Part shown: positions 51,919 through 60,733 of the stretch, piece by piece | Layout of the letters: each line of letters opens with the position of its first letter | Position numbering within the stretch: position 1 is the first letter of the stretch | Virus record (IMG/VR): IMGVR_UViG_3300045988_005753 | Strand: one strand, 5' to 3' | DNA from: a virus | Lineage: Duplodnaviria > Heunggongvirae > Uroviricota > Caudoviricetes | Length of the DNA: 64,000 bases | Position numbers and translations under genes: made by a program | The notes under the pieces: model-generated | Told to the model about the DNA's origin: nothing | The model's input: the letters and a program-made list of their open reading frames with translations, nothing else | Database searches by the model: none

Positions 51919-52341
51919 ATGCAGAAAATGTTTGTTCACCCAGACATAGCTGACTTTGTTAGAGCTTTGCAGAAGTTGGAAGAACTTGACATTGCTGCTC
52001 AACGGGAATATGCTCACCATCACAGGGGAATGGTAGATATACAACATGAAATAGAGTTGTCTGAAAACTATGAAGATGACTTAAAATGCTCTGTATTTGA
52101 GCATATGAAAGATGTTGCTACAGCGAGACGTAAAGCTAAAGACACAGTTGCTTTACTAGATTCTCTTAAAAAGAGGTTGCAAAGTGGTACAGACCTGTGT
52201 AATCTAGCGTCACTGATTAACGATGTTGAAACTTCTTGGGATAGGCACTATTATCCACGTTCTGAAAAGACACTTGACTTTTCTTCATCAGAAAACTTAA
52301 AATGTTCTAGAAAGAAACTTAACCAACTGAGAGAGAAATAA
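51919..52341 (+). CDS. hypothetical protein
   Basis: AGAGG RBS; 140 aa. Confidence 0.5.
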   Translation: MQKMFVHPDIADFVRALQKLEELDIAAQREYAHHHRGMVDIQHEIELSENYEDDLKCSVFEHMKDVATARRKAKDTVALLDSLKKRLQSGTDLCNLASLINDVETSWDRHYYPRSEKTLDFSSSENLKCSRKKLNQLREK

Positions 52342-52342
52342 T

Positions 52343-53143
52343 ATGAATATCGATGTAGAAAAGATGCTTGAAGAAAAAGGTATTGACGAAGCATTTTTAA
52401 TCAATGCCGTAGAAAGCATGGCTATGATTCTTCGTGGGAACAACTACACAGAACAGTTTATGCCTGCAAGCTACAACTTGCCTGAAGACAAGTCTGATAA
52501 CGGTGCTTTTGCAGAACAGGTCAACATGATGCTTTGCGACAAAACACTTGCTTTAGCATCTATCGTTGTAGGTGTTGATGCTCTTGCAGAGTTCATTTTT
52601 TATGAGATGCAGAAAAATGACTATATTGCCATGACCACTGAAGAAAAAGACTTGCTACTACTCGCAGGTAATGATGAGCTAATTGACCTGTTAATTTCAT
52701 CAACCAGTGCTGTTATGGCTGCTCTTGAGAAGCGAATGGAAGAGAAGTTGTCACGATATGAAAAACTTGATTGGGGTGTAGAAGAACTAAACCCACGAAT
52801 CAAGGAGATTATCCAGCAAACTAAAGAGTCTTTGGAAGAAGCTGTTGAGAATGACTCTGTAGCTGATATAGAACCGCTTCAGGTGAAAGTTGCACTAATG
52901 ATTCCAGCTATCTCTACGATGATGAATATCGTTGCACTAATCCAACTTTCACAGATGATGGGTGTGAGTATTGAGTTCATTGAAGAGATGACTGGTGGCG
53001 TCAGTATGCAAGCAATCAATGATGTTTTGGTGAACATTGGTGCTTCCATCATTGAAGAGAAACTACGCATCAACTTCGGTGATGATTTTGTGAAGCAACT
53101 CTCAGCTATGGCTGAAAAAGAGTCTGCTGAGCAACTACACTAA
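52343..53143 (+). CDS. hypothetical acidic protein
   Basis: 266-aa coupled ORF. Confidence 0.5.
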   Translation: MNIDVEKMLEEKGIDEAFLINAVESMAMILRGNNYTEQFMPASYNLPEDKSDNGAFAEQVNMMLCDKTLALASIVVGVDALAEFIFYEMQKNDYIAMTTEEKDLLLLAGNDELIDLLISSTSAVMAALEKRMEEKLSRYEKLDWGVEELNPRIKEIIQQTKESLEEAVENDSVADIEPLQVKVALMIPAISTMMNIVALIQLSQMMGVSIEFIEEMTGGVSMQAINDVLVNIGASIIEEKLRINFGDDFVKQLSAMAEKESAEQLH

Positions 53144-53161
53144 GTCTTTATAAATCTTACA

Positions 53162-53186
53162 AGCCTCCTTAGTTGGGGGCTTTTTA
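53162..53186 (+). terminator. rho-independent terminator
   Basis: AGCCTCC ... GGGGGCT hairpin followed by TTTTT. Confidence 0.6.
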
Positions 53187-53204
53187 GTAATTAATGGAGA
53201 TAAA

Positions 53205-53948
53205 ATGAGTAATATTATCGCATTTACTGGAAAGGCACGTTCTGGAAAAGACACCTCATGTTCTATTGTGAAGAACATCTTAGAGGATGAGTATGGCTAC
53301 AATGTTGAAGTAATGGCCTTTGCAGACAACCTTAAACTATCTGCATCAAAGATATTTGACTTGACTTGGAATGACCTGTACGGTGAAACTAAAGAGACTC
53401 CACAGGTTTTTGACTTATCATATCCTGAACTGATGTTTAAAGTTACGGAAGCTATGGAGTTCACCTTCAGGGATGAACGTTACCATATGGACTTCAAGCT
53501 TATGTCAGAGTTAACCGGACGATTAATCATGGAGCTTAAGAAGGTTGCTAAACCAACTCTATTGACACGTCTGGGGTTTAGCAAAAAGTATAAATTCTCA
53601 TCAAGACAAATTCAACAGATTTGGGGTACTGAAGTTGTCCGTAAAGTAATGGGCGACAAGTTCTGGTCTAAAGACCTTGAAAAAAGAATGGTTAGATTCC
53701 ATGAAATGTGCTCACTTAGAAATCAATATGGTTTTGTCTTAATCAGTGATTTAAGATTTGACTCTGAAGCTGAATGGCTGAGTAGATTTGCACACCAAAC
53801 TATTGAAGTAAAAAGAGACAATGTGGACAAAGTTTCATCACATGTTTCAGAAAATGGGATTTCTACAAAATATGAGCGTGACATTATTCATAATAATGGT
53901 ACTCTTGCAGACCTTGAGAACAAGCTAAGAGCCATCATTAAAGTTTAA
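53205..53948 (+). CDS. deoxynucleoside monophosphate kinase-like protein
   Basis: N-terminal P-loop IIAFTGKARSGKDT resembling T4 gene 1 dNMP kinase. Confidence 0.55.
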   Translation: MSNIIAFTGKARSGKDTSCSIVKNILEDEYGYNVEVMAFADNLKLSASKIFDLTWNDLYGETKETPQVFDLSYPELMFKVTEAMEFTFRDERYHMDFKLMSELTGRLIMELKKVAKPTLLTRLGFSKKYKFSSRQIQQIWGTEVVRKVMGDKFWSKDLEKRMVRFHEMCSLRNQYGFVLISDLRFDSEAEWLSRFAHQTIEVKRDNVDKVSSHVSENGISTKYERDIIHNNGTLADLENKLRAIIKV

Positions 53949-53956
53949 AAGAGAGA

Positions 53957-54157
53957 ATGAAGATGAGAGTAAAAGACAATTTTAAAGTTATTGACCACCG
54001 TTTAGTGGAACTCTCATCTCTTTCCAATGAGGTAATGATTGAACGTCTTAAGAGAGTTGAATCACGAAGGAAAGAGATTGCAGATGAAATTCATGAACTG
54101 GACAAGATTGAAAATGGATTGAAGGCAGAACTACAACGAAGAGGTGCTAATGTCTAA
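53957..54157 (+). CDS. small hypothetical protein
   Basis: 66-aa ORF. Confidence 0.45.
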   Translation: MKMRVKDNFKVIDHRLVELSSLSNEVMIERLKRVESRRKEIADEIHELDKIENGLKAELQRRGANV

Positions 54158-56135
54158 AGGTCGTAAATTGAAAGAGGCTGGTCAGTTTGTTGGTCATTGC
54201 GCATGTCCACGTTGTGGTTCATCAGATGCTGGTTCAATCTATCATCATGACGATGATTCTTATTCAATGACTTGCTTTAGTTGTAACAAAGGTTTCCCAG
54301 AGTGGGATTTTGATAAAGGACAAATCGTGAGCACTTATTCTACTGGTTCAGACAATAAAAACCGTACTTTCCGTGGAATGGATTTAGACGATGTAAAAGA
54401 AAACCTAGAAGCAATGGACTTGAAAGATAGGAAGATTCCTGCAAAAGTCCTTGAACGCTTAGGTATCAAGGTTGACATTGACAGTGACGGTGAAATTGAT
54501 GCGCACTTCTATCCAACTTACAAACGTAATGAAGATGGTAAGCTAGCACATGTTGGCTACCGTGTTCGTCACCGTTACCCAGAAGACCATCCAAAAGAGC
54601 ACCTACGTGGTAAGCTAAAAGACTTTTCTGGTGGTGTTGGAGACATTAAAGGTGAACTGGCAATGTTCGGTTCATGGATTGCTCCAGAAGGTGGTAACCG
54701 TCTATTCATCTGGGAAGGTGAGATGGAATGTGCGACAGCAATCTACATGACTTCTTTGGCGATTAAAGATAAGTCTCGTCGTAAGAATTACTGTCACGTA
54801 TCTGTTCCGTCAGGTGCAAACATTAAGTCTATCAAAGACAACTATCAGTACATCACATCATTTGATGAGATTTACTTGTGCTTTGATAACGATGAAGCAG
54901 GTGCTAAAGCTACCAAAGAGGCTGCTGGTATCCTACCTATTGAGAAGGTTCGTTTATTCCAGTATCCAGAAGGTGTAAAAGACCTTAACGAATGGTGGAC
55001 AAAGTTCTATAAAGAGAAAGACACAGTTCTTGAAGGGTTTAAGCAGCGTATCTACAATGCGCCCCGTTACTGCCCTGCTGGTATCAAGAACTTCGCAGAT
55101 GGTTTTGAGGCAATGAAGAATCGTGGTCAGATTCCATTGATTCCTTTCCCAGAATCTTTCGGAGATTTGAACAGGCTGACTTATGGCGGTTACGGTTTAG
55201 GTGAGATTACAACTCTGGCAGCACCATCTTCAGTGGGTAAATCTGCATACACTCGTGAAATGATTTATACTGCTTGGAAAGATACCGATTACAATATTGG
55301 TGTAATTCCTGTAGAAGATACCTATGAAGAGTTGATGGAGATGCTTTGTGCAATCCACCTGAGCAAGCAGATTTCTGAGATTCCTTATGACGAACGTGAT
55401 TGGGATGAATTGAAGGAAGCACATGCAGAACTGTCTAAAGGTCGTCGTATCCACATCGTAGACCATCAAGGGGCAATTGACCAAGATAACCTGCTGGAAT
55501 TTGTTGATTATCTTGTTAACAGTTTAGACTGTAAGATTATTATTCTTGACCCTATTACGTTGGCTCTGTCACGTTCAGATACGGATGAAGAGGAAGTTTT
55601 GTCTGAGCTATTGCGCCGTTGCAAACGCTACCAGTATGCACAGGTGAACGTCTGTCACGTTCGTAAGAGCGCAGGTGGTCAGAAAGCCAACTCTGAAGGT
55701 GGAGATATCTCTGAAGAGGATATTAAAGGCTCTGGTGCGTATTTCCAGATTTCTATGAACAACATTCTGTTAATGCGTAACAAGGTTGACCCAGACCCTG
55801 TTAAGAAAAACTTGACAAAAATCAAGTTAACTAAATGTCGTCGTCATGGTAAGTCAACTGGTATTGCTGGTCATACTTGGTACAATCCAGATACAGGACG
55901 TCTCATCAAAGCATCTGGTTGTGGAGTTGACATTGATGGCGCAGCAGAGAATATTCGCCAACAGTTTGGTATTGGTGAAGCTGAAGACCATTACGATGAC
56001 TCTTTGCCACATTATGAGGATGAAGTGTTTGACCGTGAGACTGGTGAAGTCTATACTGAAGAGCAGCGTCAAAGCTCAACGATTCCACCTGTATTAAGTG
56101 AGGATGCAGATGACTGCCCGTTCGAAACTGAGTGA
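54150..56135 (+). CDS. bifunctional DNA primase / DnaB-like helicase (T7 gp4-like)
   Basis: N-terminal zinc ribbon CACPRCGS...CFSCN, TOPRIM-like region, Walker A GEITTLAAPSSVGKSA; ATG at 54150 with AGAGGTG RBS. Confidence 0.85.
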   Translation: MSKGRKLKEAGQFVGHCACPRCGSSDAGSIYHHDDDSYSMTCFSCNKGFPEWDFDKGQIVSTYSTGSDNKNRTFRGMDLDDVKENLEAMDLKDRKIPAKVLERLGIKVDIDSDGEIDAHFYPTYKRNEDGKLAHVGYRVRHRYPEDHPKEHLRGKLKDFSGGVGDIKGELAMFGSWIAPEGGNRLFIWEGEMECATAIYMTSLAIKDKSRRKNYCHVSVPSGANIKSIKDNYQYITSFDEIYLCFDNDEAGAKATKEAAGILPIEKVRLFQYPEGVKDLNEWWTKFYKEKDTVLEGFKQRIYNAPRYCPAGIKNFADGFEAMKNRGQIPLIPFPESFGDLNRLTYGGYGLGEITTLAAPSSVGKSAYTREMIYTAWKDTDYNIGVIPVEDTYEELMEMLCAIHLSKQISEIPYDERDWDELKEAHAELSKGRRIHIVDHQGAIDQDNLLEFVDYLVNSLDCKIIILDPITLALSRSDTDEEEVLSELLRRCKRYQYAQVNVCHVRKSAGGQKANSEGGDISEEDIKGSGAYFQISMNNILLMRNKVDPDPVKKNLTKIKLTKCRRHGKSTGIAGHTWYNPDTGRLIKASGCGVDIDGAAENIRQQFGIGEAEDHYDDSLPHYEDEVFDRETGEVYTEEQRQSSTIPPVLSEDADDCPFETE

Positions 56136-56391
56136 TAGCTATAAAAGAGAGGGGTTCACACCCTTCTTTGAAGAAAAAAGTTTAAATAAATTTCAGGAAG
56201 AGTGTTTGACAAAGGTTGATAGGTTCTATAGAATGCTCTACATGAAATGTGATGGAGGTGTTGAGGTAGAAGAAAAGTTCCATCACAGTATTATCACAGT
56301 CACTATTACTATACCTGAACATAATATTGGTTGGCTGTTTATAATGAAAGAAAATGTGTTTGAATATCAAGTATATCGGAGAATATCATGA
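56098..56391 (+). CDS. doubtful ORF overlapping the primase-helicase 3' end
   Basis: contains a candidate promoter inside; kept at low confidence. Confidence 0.25.
   Translation: MRMQMTARSKLSDSYKREGFTPFFEEKSLNKFQEECLTKVDRFYRMLYMKCDGGVEVEEKFHHSIITVTITIPEHNIGWLFIMKENVFEYQVYRRIS
56206..56234 (+). promoter_or_regulatory. sigma70-type promoter
   Basis: TTGACA, 17-bp spacer, TAGAAT. Confidence 0.5.
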
Positions 56392-56537
56392 AACACTCTA
56401 AAGCATTTGAAAAAGTTTTTGGGGATTCCTTAAAAGCCACTGCTGGAAAACCAGCAAAATACTATGAAGAAAAACGTGTAAGAACTGGAAAAACTGCACG
56501 TAAAGCAGCTTCTAAAGATAAGCACAACTTCCAGTAA
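56388..56537 (+). CDS. small basic protein (49 aa, below the ORF-track cutoff)
   Basis: ATG with GGAGA RBS; reads MKHSKAFEKVFGDSLKATAGKPAKYYEEKRVRTGKTARKAASKDKHNFQ. Confidence 0.4.
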   Translation: MKHSKAFEKVFGDSLKATAGKPAKYYEEKRVRTGKTARKAASKDKHNFQ

Positions 56538-56544
56538 TTAGTAT

Positions 56545-56573
56545 TTGACAATAGAGTATCAACAAATTAGAAT
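56545..56573 (+). promoter_or_regulatory. sigma70-type promoter upstream of the SSB-like gene
   Basis: TTGACA, 17-bp spacer, TAGAAT. Confidence 0.55.
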
Positions 56574-56609
56574 TGGTACTCTTCATAAATTGAGATAGAG
56601 GTTTAAATA

Positions 56610-57467
56610 ATGTCTAAAGTTGTTAAAATGAAAGCTCCGGTAGAGAAGTACAACGGTACTGAACGTCAAACTCTGCGTTACCTTCTGAAAGATGTCTGGT
56701 TTTATTACCTGAACACTTCACCACGTCCGGGAAAAGGTAAGTCTATTGATAAGAAATTTCCAGGCAAAGATTGTAACTACAGCGTATCAATTCTGGCAGA
56801 AGACGGTAACAAACTGTTTAAAGAGTTTACTAAGTCTAAGAAAAATCCAGAAGGCTGGGATAAAGTCACTACTGAAGCAGTTGATGCAGATGACTTCGAA
56901 GAGAAGTTTGGTTGCAAACCACCATTTGAAGCAGATACTTACTACATCTTGAAAGTAAGTCGTGCAGCAGCTTATAAAGATGGTGCTGTGTGGACAGCTA
57001 AACAGTCATTCCCTGTAATGCTGATTGAAGAAGTAAATGGTAAGCGTGTAGCTGTTAAGCAGCCGATGAAGAAAATCAAAGCTCAAGCATCTGATAAACA
57101 TGAAGATGACAAGAACTATGATGTAATTCATCCAGATATTGCAGTTGGTAACGGTTCTTTTGGTAGTGTGATTCTTTCTACTCACTTCTACACTTTTGAG
57201 AACAATGTCTTGACAAAGCCTATTCAGGAACAGTTTATCATTGATACTCTTGTACCTTACACTGGTGGTAACGGTGCTAATGGTGAGCCTGAACTGGATG
57301 AAGATGAATTGGCTATGCTTGGTCTTGATGGTGTTGAAGATAACGGTGAAATCACTGAAGAAGACGCAACAGACCATAAATCTTCGAATGATTCTGATGA
57401 TGGTGACGATGAAGACTTGCCAGACCCAGATGACGAAGAAGATGAAGACTTCGATACAGAAGACTAA
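56610..57467 (+). CDS. single-stranded DNA-binding protein-like (acidic C-terminal tail)
   Basis: C-terminus DDGDDEDLPDPDDEEDEDFDTED resembles the acidic tails of T7 gp2.5-type SSBs; lies within the replication module. Confidence 0.45.
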   Translation: MSKVVKMKAPVEKYNGTERQTLRYLLKDVWFYYLNTSPRPGKGKSIDKKFPGKDCNYSVSILAEDGNKLFKEFTKSKKNPEGWDKVTTEAVDADDFEEKFGCKPPFEADTYYILKVSRAAAYKDGAVWTAKQSFPVMLIEEVNGKRVAVKQPMKKIKAQASDKHEDDKNYDVIHPDIAVGNGSFGSVILSTHFYTFENNVLTKPIQEQFIIDTLVPYTGGNGANGEPELDEDELAMLGLDGVEDNGEITEEDATDHKSSNDSDDGDDEDLPDPDDEEDEDFDTED

Positions 57468-57486
57468 TCTCTAAAAAGTTACTTTA

Positions 57487-57514
57487 AAGCCCTGTACTTA
57501 GTATGGGGCTTTTT
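57487..57514 (+). terminator. rho-independent terminator
   Basis: AGCCC ... GGGCT hairpin followed by TTTTT. Confidence 0.55.
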
Positions 57515-57530
57515 CATATGGAGAGCCATA

Positions 57531-58571
57531 ATGGAGAAGTACACATTAACAAAACTTCCAGATTCAGTTACACATGTCTTTATTGACTCTGACAGCATTG
57601 CCTATAAAGGTGCTTGTGTAGTTGAGAAAGCAAAGTATAAATACGTTAATAAACTCACAGCAGAAGAATCTGAACCATTTGATAATGCGAAAGATGCTGC
57701 AAGATGGTTAGCAGACCAGAGAATCCTTGTGGAAGAGCTTGGCCTGACATTTGATGAAGATGAATGGGAAAGACAAACTTGGAAAGAAGCTAAGAGTGAA
57801 AAAGAAGCTATCATGGCTACTCAACAGGTTCTTCAGGAATGGCTTAAGGTTGTTGGTAAAGAAAGAACTTGGGTGGGTTATTTAACAGAGAAAGGTGTGC
57901 ATAAACATAAAGACATTAAAGGTCTTGAGCACCAATATCAAGGTAACCGTAAAGATGCTGTCACACCAACACACTTAGTCGCTTGTCGTGAATACCTTTT
58001 ATCCAGACCAGAGTTCAAGCTCTTAAAGGGAGGCTTCGAAGCCGATTCAATCGTAATTGCTAAAGCTGAAAAGATGGGTAAGAAGGCTGCTCTTATGAGT
58101 ATTGACAAAGACCTTCGACAAGCTGAAGGAACTTATTGTATTGATATGACTTATGAAAAATCACCACTAATCTTTATTGCTGATAATAATGTTGGTGATA
58201 TCTGGGATTGTCCTATCAAATCAAAACCAAAAGCTGCAAAAACAGTTGGTGTAGGTTTTAAATTTTTGTGTTATCAGGCTGTTGCTGGAGATAATGCAGA
58301 CAACTACTTTGGCCTTAAAGGTGCTGGCAAAGTAGCTGTGATGAATGCTTTAGATGGTAAAGAGACCTATAAAGAGTGCCTTGACGCTATCTATGAACTC
58401 TATGCTAAAAAAGAGTCTTACACCTATGTGTCATGGGATGGACAGACTGTTACCAAAACACCATTAGAGTTAATGGAGCAACATTTCTGGATAGCATATC
58501 AAGAGAGAAATCCAAAAGATAATTTCTCTTTTAAGAAATATAATTGGGAGCCGTGTATGAATGAAGATTAA
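57531..58571 (+). CDS. 5'-3' exonuclease / flap endonuclease-like protein
   Basis: N-terminal HVFIDSDSIAYKGA resembles the FEN-family metal-binding motif; position beside primase and SSB. Confidence 0.45.
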   Translation: MEKYTLTKLPDSVTHVFIDSDSIAYKGACVVEKAKYKYVNKLTAEESEPFDNAKDAARWLADQRILVEELGLTFDEDEWERQTWKEAKSEKEAIMATQQVLQEWLKVVGKERTWVGYLTEKGVHKHKDIKGLEHQYQGNRKDAVTPTHLVACREYLLSRPEFKLLKGGFEADSIVIAKAEKMGKKAALMSIDKDLRQAEGTYCIDMTYEKSPLIFIADNNVGDIWDCPIKSKPKAAKTVGVGFKFLCYQAVAGDNADNYFGLKGAGKVAVMNALDGKETYKECLDAIYELYAKKESYTYVSWDGQTVTKTPLELMEQHFWIAYQERNPKDNFSFKKYNWEPCMNED

Positions 58572-59058
58572 AGGATTTGGCAATTGTCCCACCTACGGTC
58601 ATTGGGTATCTTTGTGTGGGGAAGTTGACCCCACTAAACATTTTGGCTTTGTCTATTTAGTATACTGTAAGAAAACCGGACAATACTATATCGGAAAGAA
58701 ACAGCTTAATAGTGTGACCAAAAGAAAAGTTGCTGGTAAGACTCGGAAGAAGGTAGTCACTAAGGAAAGTGATTGGATGACTTATGAGACTTCTTCTGAG
58801 TATATTAAAAAAGATATTGAAAGCTTTGGAAAAGAATCTTTTGACTTTTACATTATTCAAACCTACTACACAAAAGGTGGCCTAGTCTATGGTGAAGCAA
58901 ACCTTCAACATAAATTCGATGTAATGACAAAAAGGATTGACTCGAAGCTCAGACTCTTCTACAATGCCAATATTGCAGCAATTAAGTTTATTACTAAAGA
59001 AACTTATGAAGATGCTGAAAAAAGAATCCATAAGGTAATGAAAGCAAATTGTGCTTGA
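58561..59058 (+). CDS. GIY-YIG nuclease-like protein (homing endonuclease candidate)
   Basis: FGFVYLVYCKKTGQYYIGKK matches the GIY ... YIG spacing. Confidence 0.5.
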   Translation: MKIKGFGNCPTYGHWVSLCGEVDPTKHFGFVYLVYCKKTGQYYIGKKQLNSVTKRKVAGKTRKKVVTKESDWMTYETSSEYIKKDIESFGKESFDFYIIQTYYTKGGLVYGEANLQHKFDVMTKRIDSKLRLFYNANIAAIKFITKETYEDAEKRIHKVMKANCA

Positions 59059-59064
59059 TAACTA

Positions 59065-59328
59065 TTGAGAGAGAATAAAATGTTTAACAAAAGTAAAGCT
59101 GTGAGTCATGTAGCAAAAGTTGACAGCAAGATTGAAGAACTTGAGCGCATTCTTGCAAATGCCAGAGAGTCGATAATTAAAGAGGTTGAAGCTGTTGAAT
59201 CTCAAATGCAGCACCTAATGCTTAAACGTCAAGAGCTACGTGAGCATCTGGAATATATTGAAACACGAGAGCTAAAGGTTAACAGATATTTTAAGGAGTC
59301 CAAATGTTTAACTCAAGAGAATCAGTAA
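59065..59328 (+). CDS. hypothetical coiled-coil protein
   Basis: 87-aa ORF. Confidence 0.45.
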   Translation: MRENKMFNKSKAVSHVAKVDSKIEELERILANARESIIKEVEAVESQMQHLMLKRQELREHLEYIETRELKVNRYFKESKCLTQENQ

Positions 59329-60059
59329 AAAACTGGAATCTTCGTTGTGGAAACACTCAAAAGCAACCTTACAGTGATGAGTATTGGGAATCTTTGAAAT
59401 CTCAATCTCTGTGTATGCTTGAAGAAGCAAAAGAGCTTGTAAAAGCAATTGAAGAGAAAGACCCCATTGAGACACTGGATGCTCAGGCAGATTTGCAATA
59501 TGTTCTTGACGGTTTGATTTACCTGTCACAACATGACCATAACGGTGCTATGAAAGCTGTTTGCCATAATAATGACCTGAAGTACACAGACGACTATGAA
59601 GAAGCTTTAAAGCGTCTTGCAGATATTGAGAAGCGTACTGGTCAAGAGTGTATCATCAGAATGTCAGTAGTTGATGGTAAAGAGTGGTATGCGATTGTTC
59701 GTGCAGCCGATGGGAAGATTATGAAGCAATCAAATCTCCCTAAAGTTCAGCTTGGTGAATACATTGTAGAACTTGAAAGCCAAGAACTTTTTGTGGTAGT
59801 ATCTGACACATGCGTTATCTGCAAAGGTATTGTATGTAGCTTAAAGGATTTGGGTGTAGATGGTTTTGTAGAAGTTAATCCAATTACCTCTAAAGCAGAT
59901 AAAGATTTCTGTAAAGAGAATGGACTATGGATTGCAGATATTGTCTACTATGATGGTGAGCAGTTCCATGTAACCTCATACCCGAAACTGAATTATGATG
60001 CTAATAACCTGAAGTGCTGGTTAAAAGGGGTTGGTTATAATGGATTCACAGAACATTAA
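59304..60059 (+). CDS. hypothetical protein
   Basis: AAGGAG RBS; 251 aa. Confidence 0.5.
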   Translation: MFNSRESVKNWNLRCGNTQKQPYSDEYWESLKSQSLCMLEEAKELVKAIEEKDPIETLDAQADLQYVLDGLIYLSQHDHNGAMKAVCHNNDLKYTDDYEEALKRLADIEKRTGQECIIRMSVVDGKEWYAIVRAADGKIMKQSNLPKVQLGEYIVELESQELFVVVSDTCVICKGIVCSLKDLGVDGFVEVNPITSKADKDFCKENGLWIADIVYYDGEQFHVTSYPKLNYDANNLKCWLKGVGYNGFTEH

Positions 60060-60363
60060 TAAAGAAGGTGTGGCTCAGAAGAGCCACTTCTCAAACTACA
60101 ATATCTCTATGACGGTGTTTATGAATGACCCGTTACTTGAGAAGTATGGTGAGACTCCAGATACACTTCTGGATAATGAACAAGTTTTAAAAGCAGTCCT
60201 GTACAAATACGGGATTGATATTGAGAAAGAGTATTCTTTTGAAATCTGTCAACACAGGAATACTTTTGGTAAAGTTGTAATGGCTCCACTCTTCATGGGT
60301 GTAGAAAGAACTGACTATGGTTGGTTATATCTAAAAAGAAACTTGGAGAAATACCGTGTCTAA
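60040..60363 (+). CDS. hypothetical protein
   Basis: track ORF starts on TTG at 60031; ATG at 60040 chosen. Confidence 0.45.
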   Translation: MDSQNINKEGVAQKSHFSNYNISMTVFMNDPLLEKYGETPDTLLDNEQVLKAVLYKYGIDIEKEYSFEICQHRNTFGKVVMAPLFMGVERTDYGWLYLKRNLEKYRV

Positions 60364-60688
60364 AGCAAAAAAGTTATCTTATGATGACATTATCTCAGGT
60401 GCTAAATTAGGTGTTGATAGTATCGGACAAGATGTTAAGCACGGAGACACAGTTATGTACTGTGATGACCGAAGAGGCAGAAGTGCAATCTTGTTTGGAA
60501 GAGTTGTTTGCAAGATGCGAGGCAATTACGTTGTTGAAGACATGAATGTGGATGTCACAAAACAGCTTGAAATAATTATGAATAGTGATATATCATGGTT
60601 CGTCAATTGTATGCACACTTCGTCAGTCACAAAGGTAAGTGATAAGTTTTACGATATGTGGCAGAATGAGCAAATTTTCAAGATTTAA
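60356..60688 (+). CDS. hypothetical protein (GTG start)
   Basis: no in-frame ATG near the 5' end; GTG with TGGAGA RBS. Confidence 0.4.
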   Translation: MSKAKKLSYDDIISGAKLGVDSIGQDVKHGDTVMYCDDRRGRSAILFGRVVCKMRGNYVVEDMNVDVTKQLEIIMNSDISWFVNCMHTSSVTKVSDKFYDMWQNEQIFKI

Positions 60689-60692
60689 ACTA

Positions 60693-60720
60693 GGAGCCTC
60701 TTCGGAGGCTCTTCTCATCT
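60693..60720 (+). terminator. hairpin with UUCG tetraloop upstream of the RNR gene (attenuator or terminator)
   Basis: GGAGCCTC-TTCG-GAGGCTC followed by a T-rich tract. Confidence 0.5.
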
Positions 60721-60733
60721 GTAGGATTCAAAA

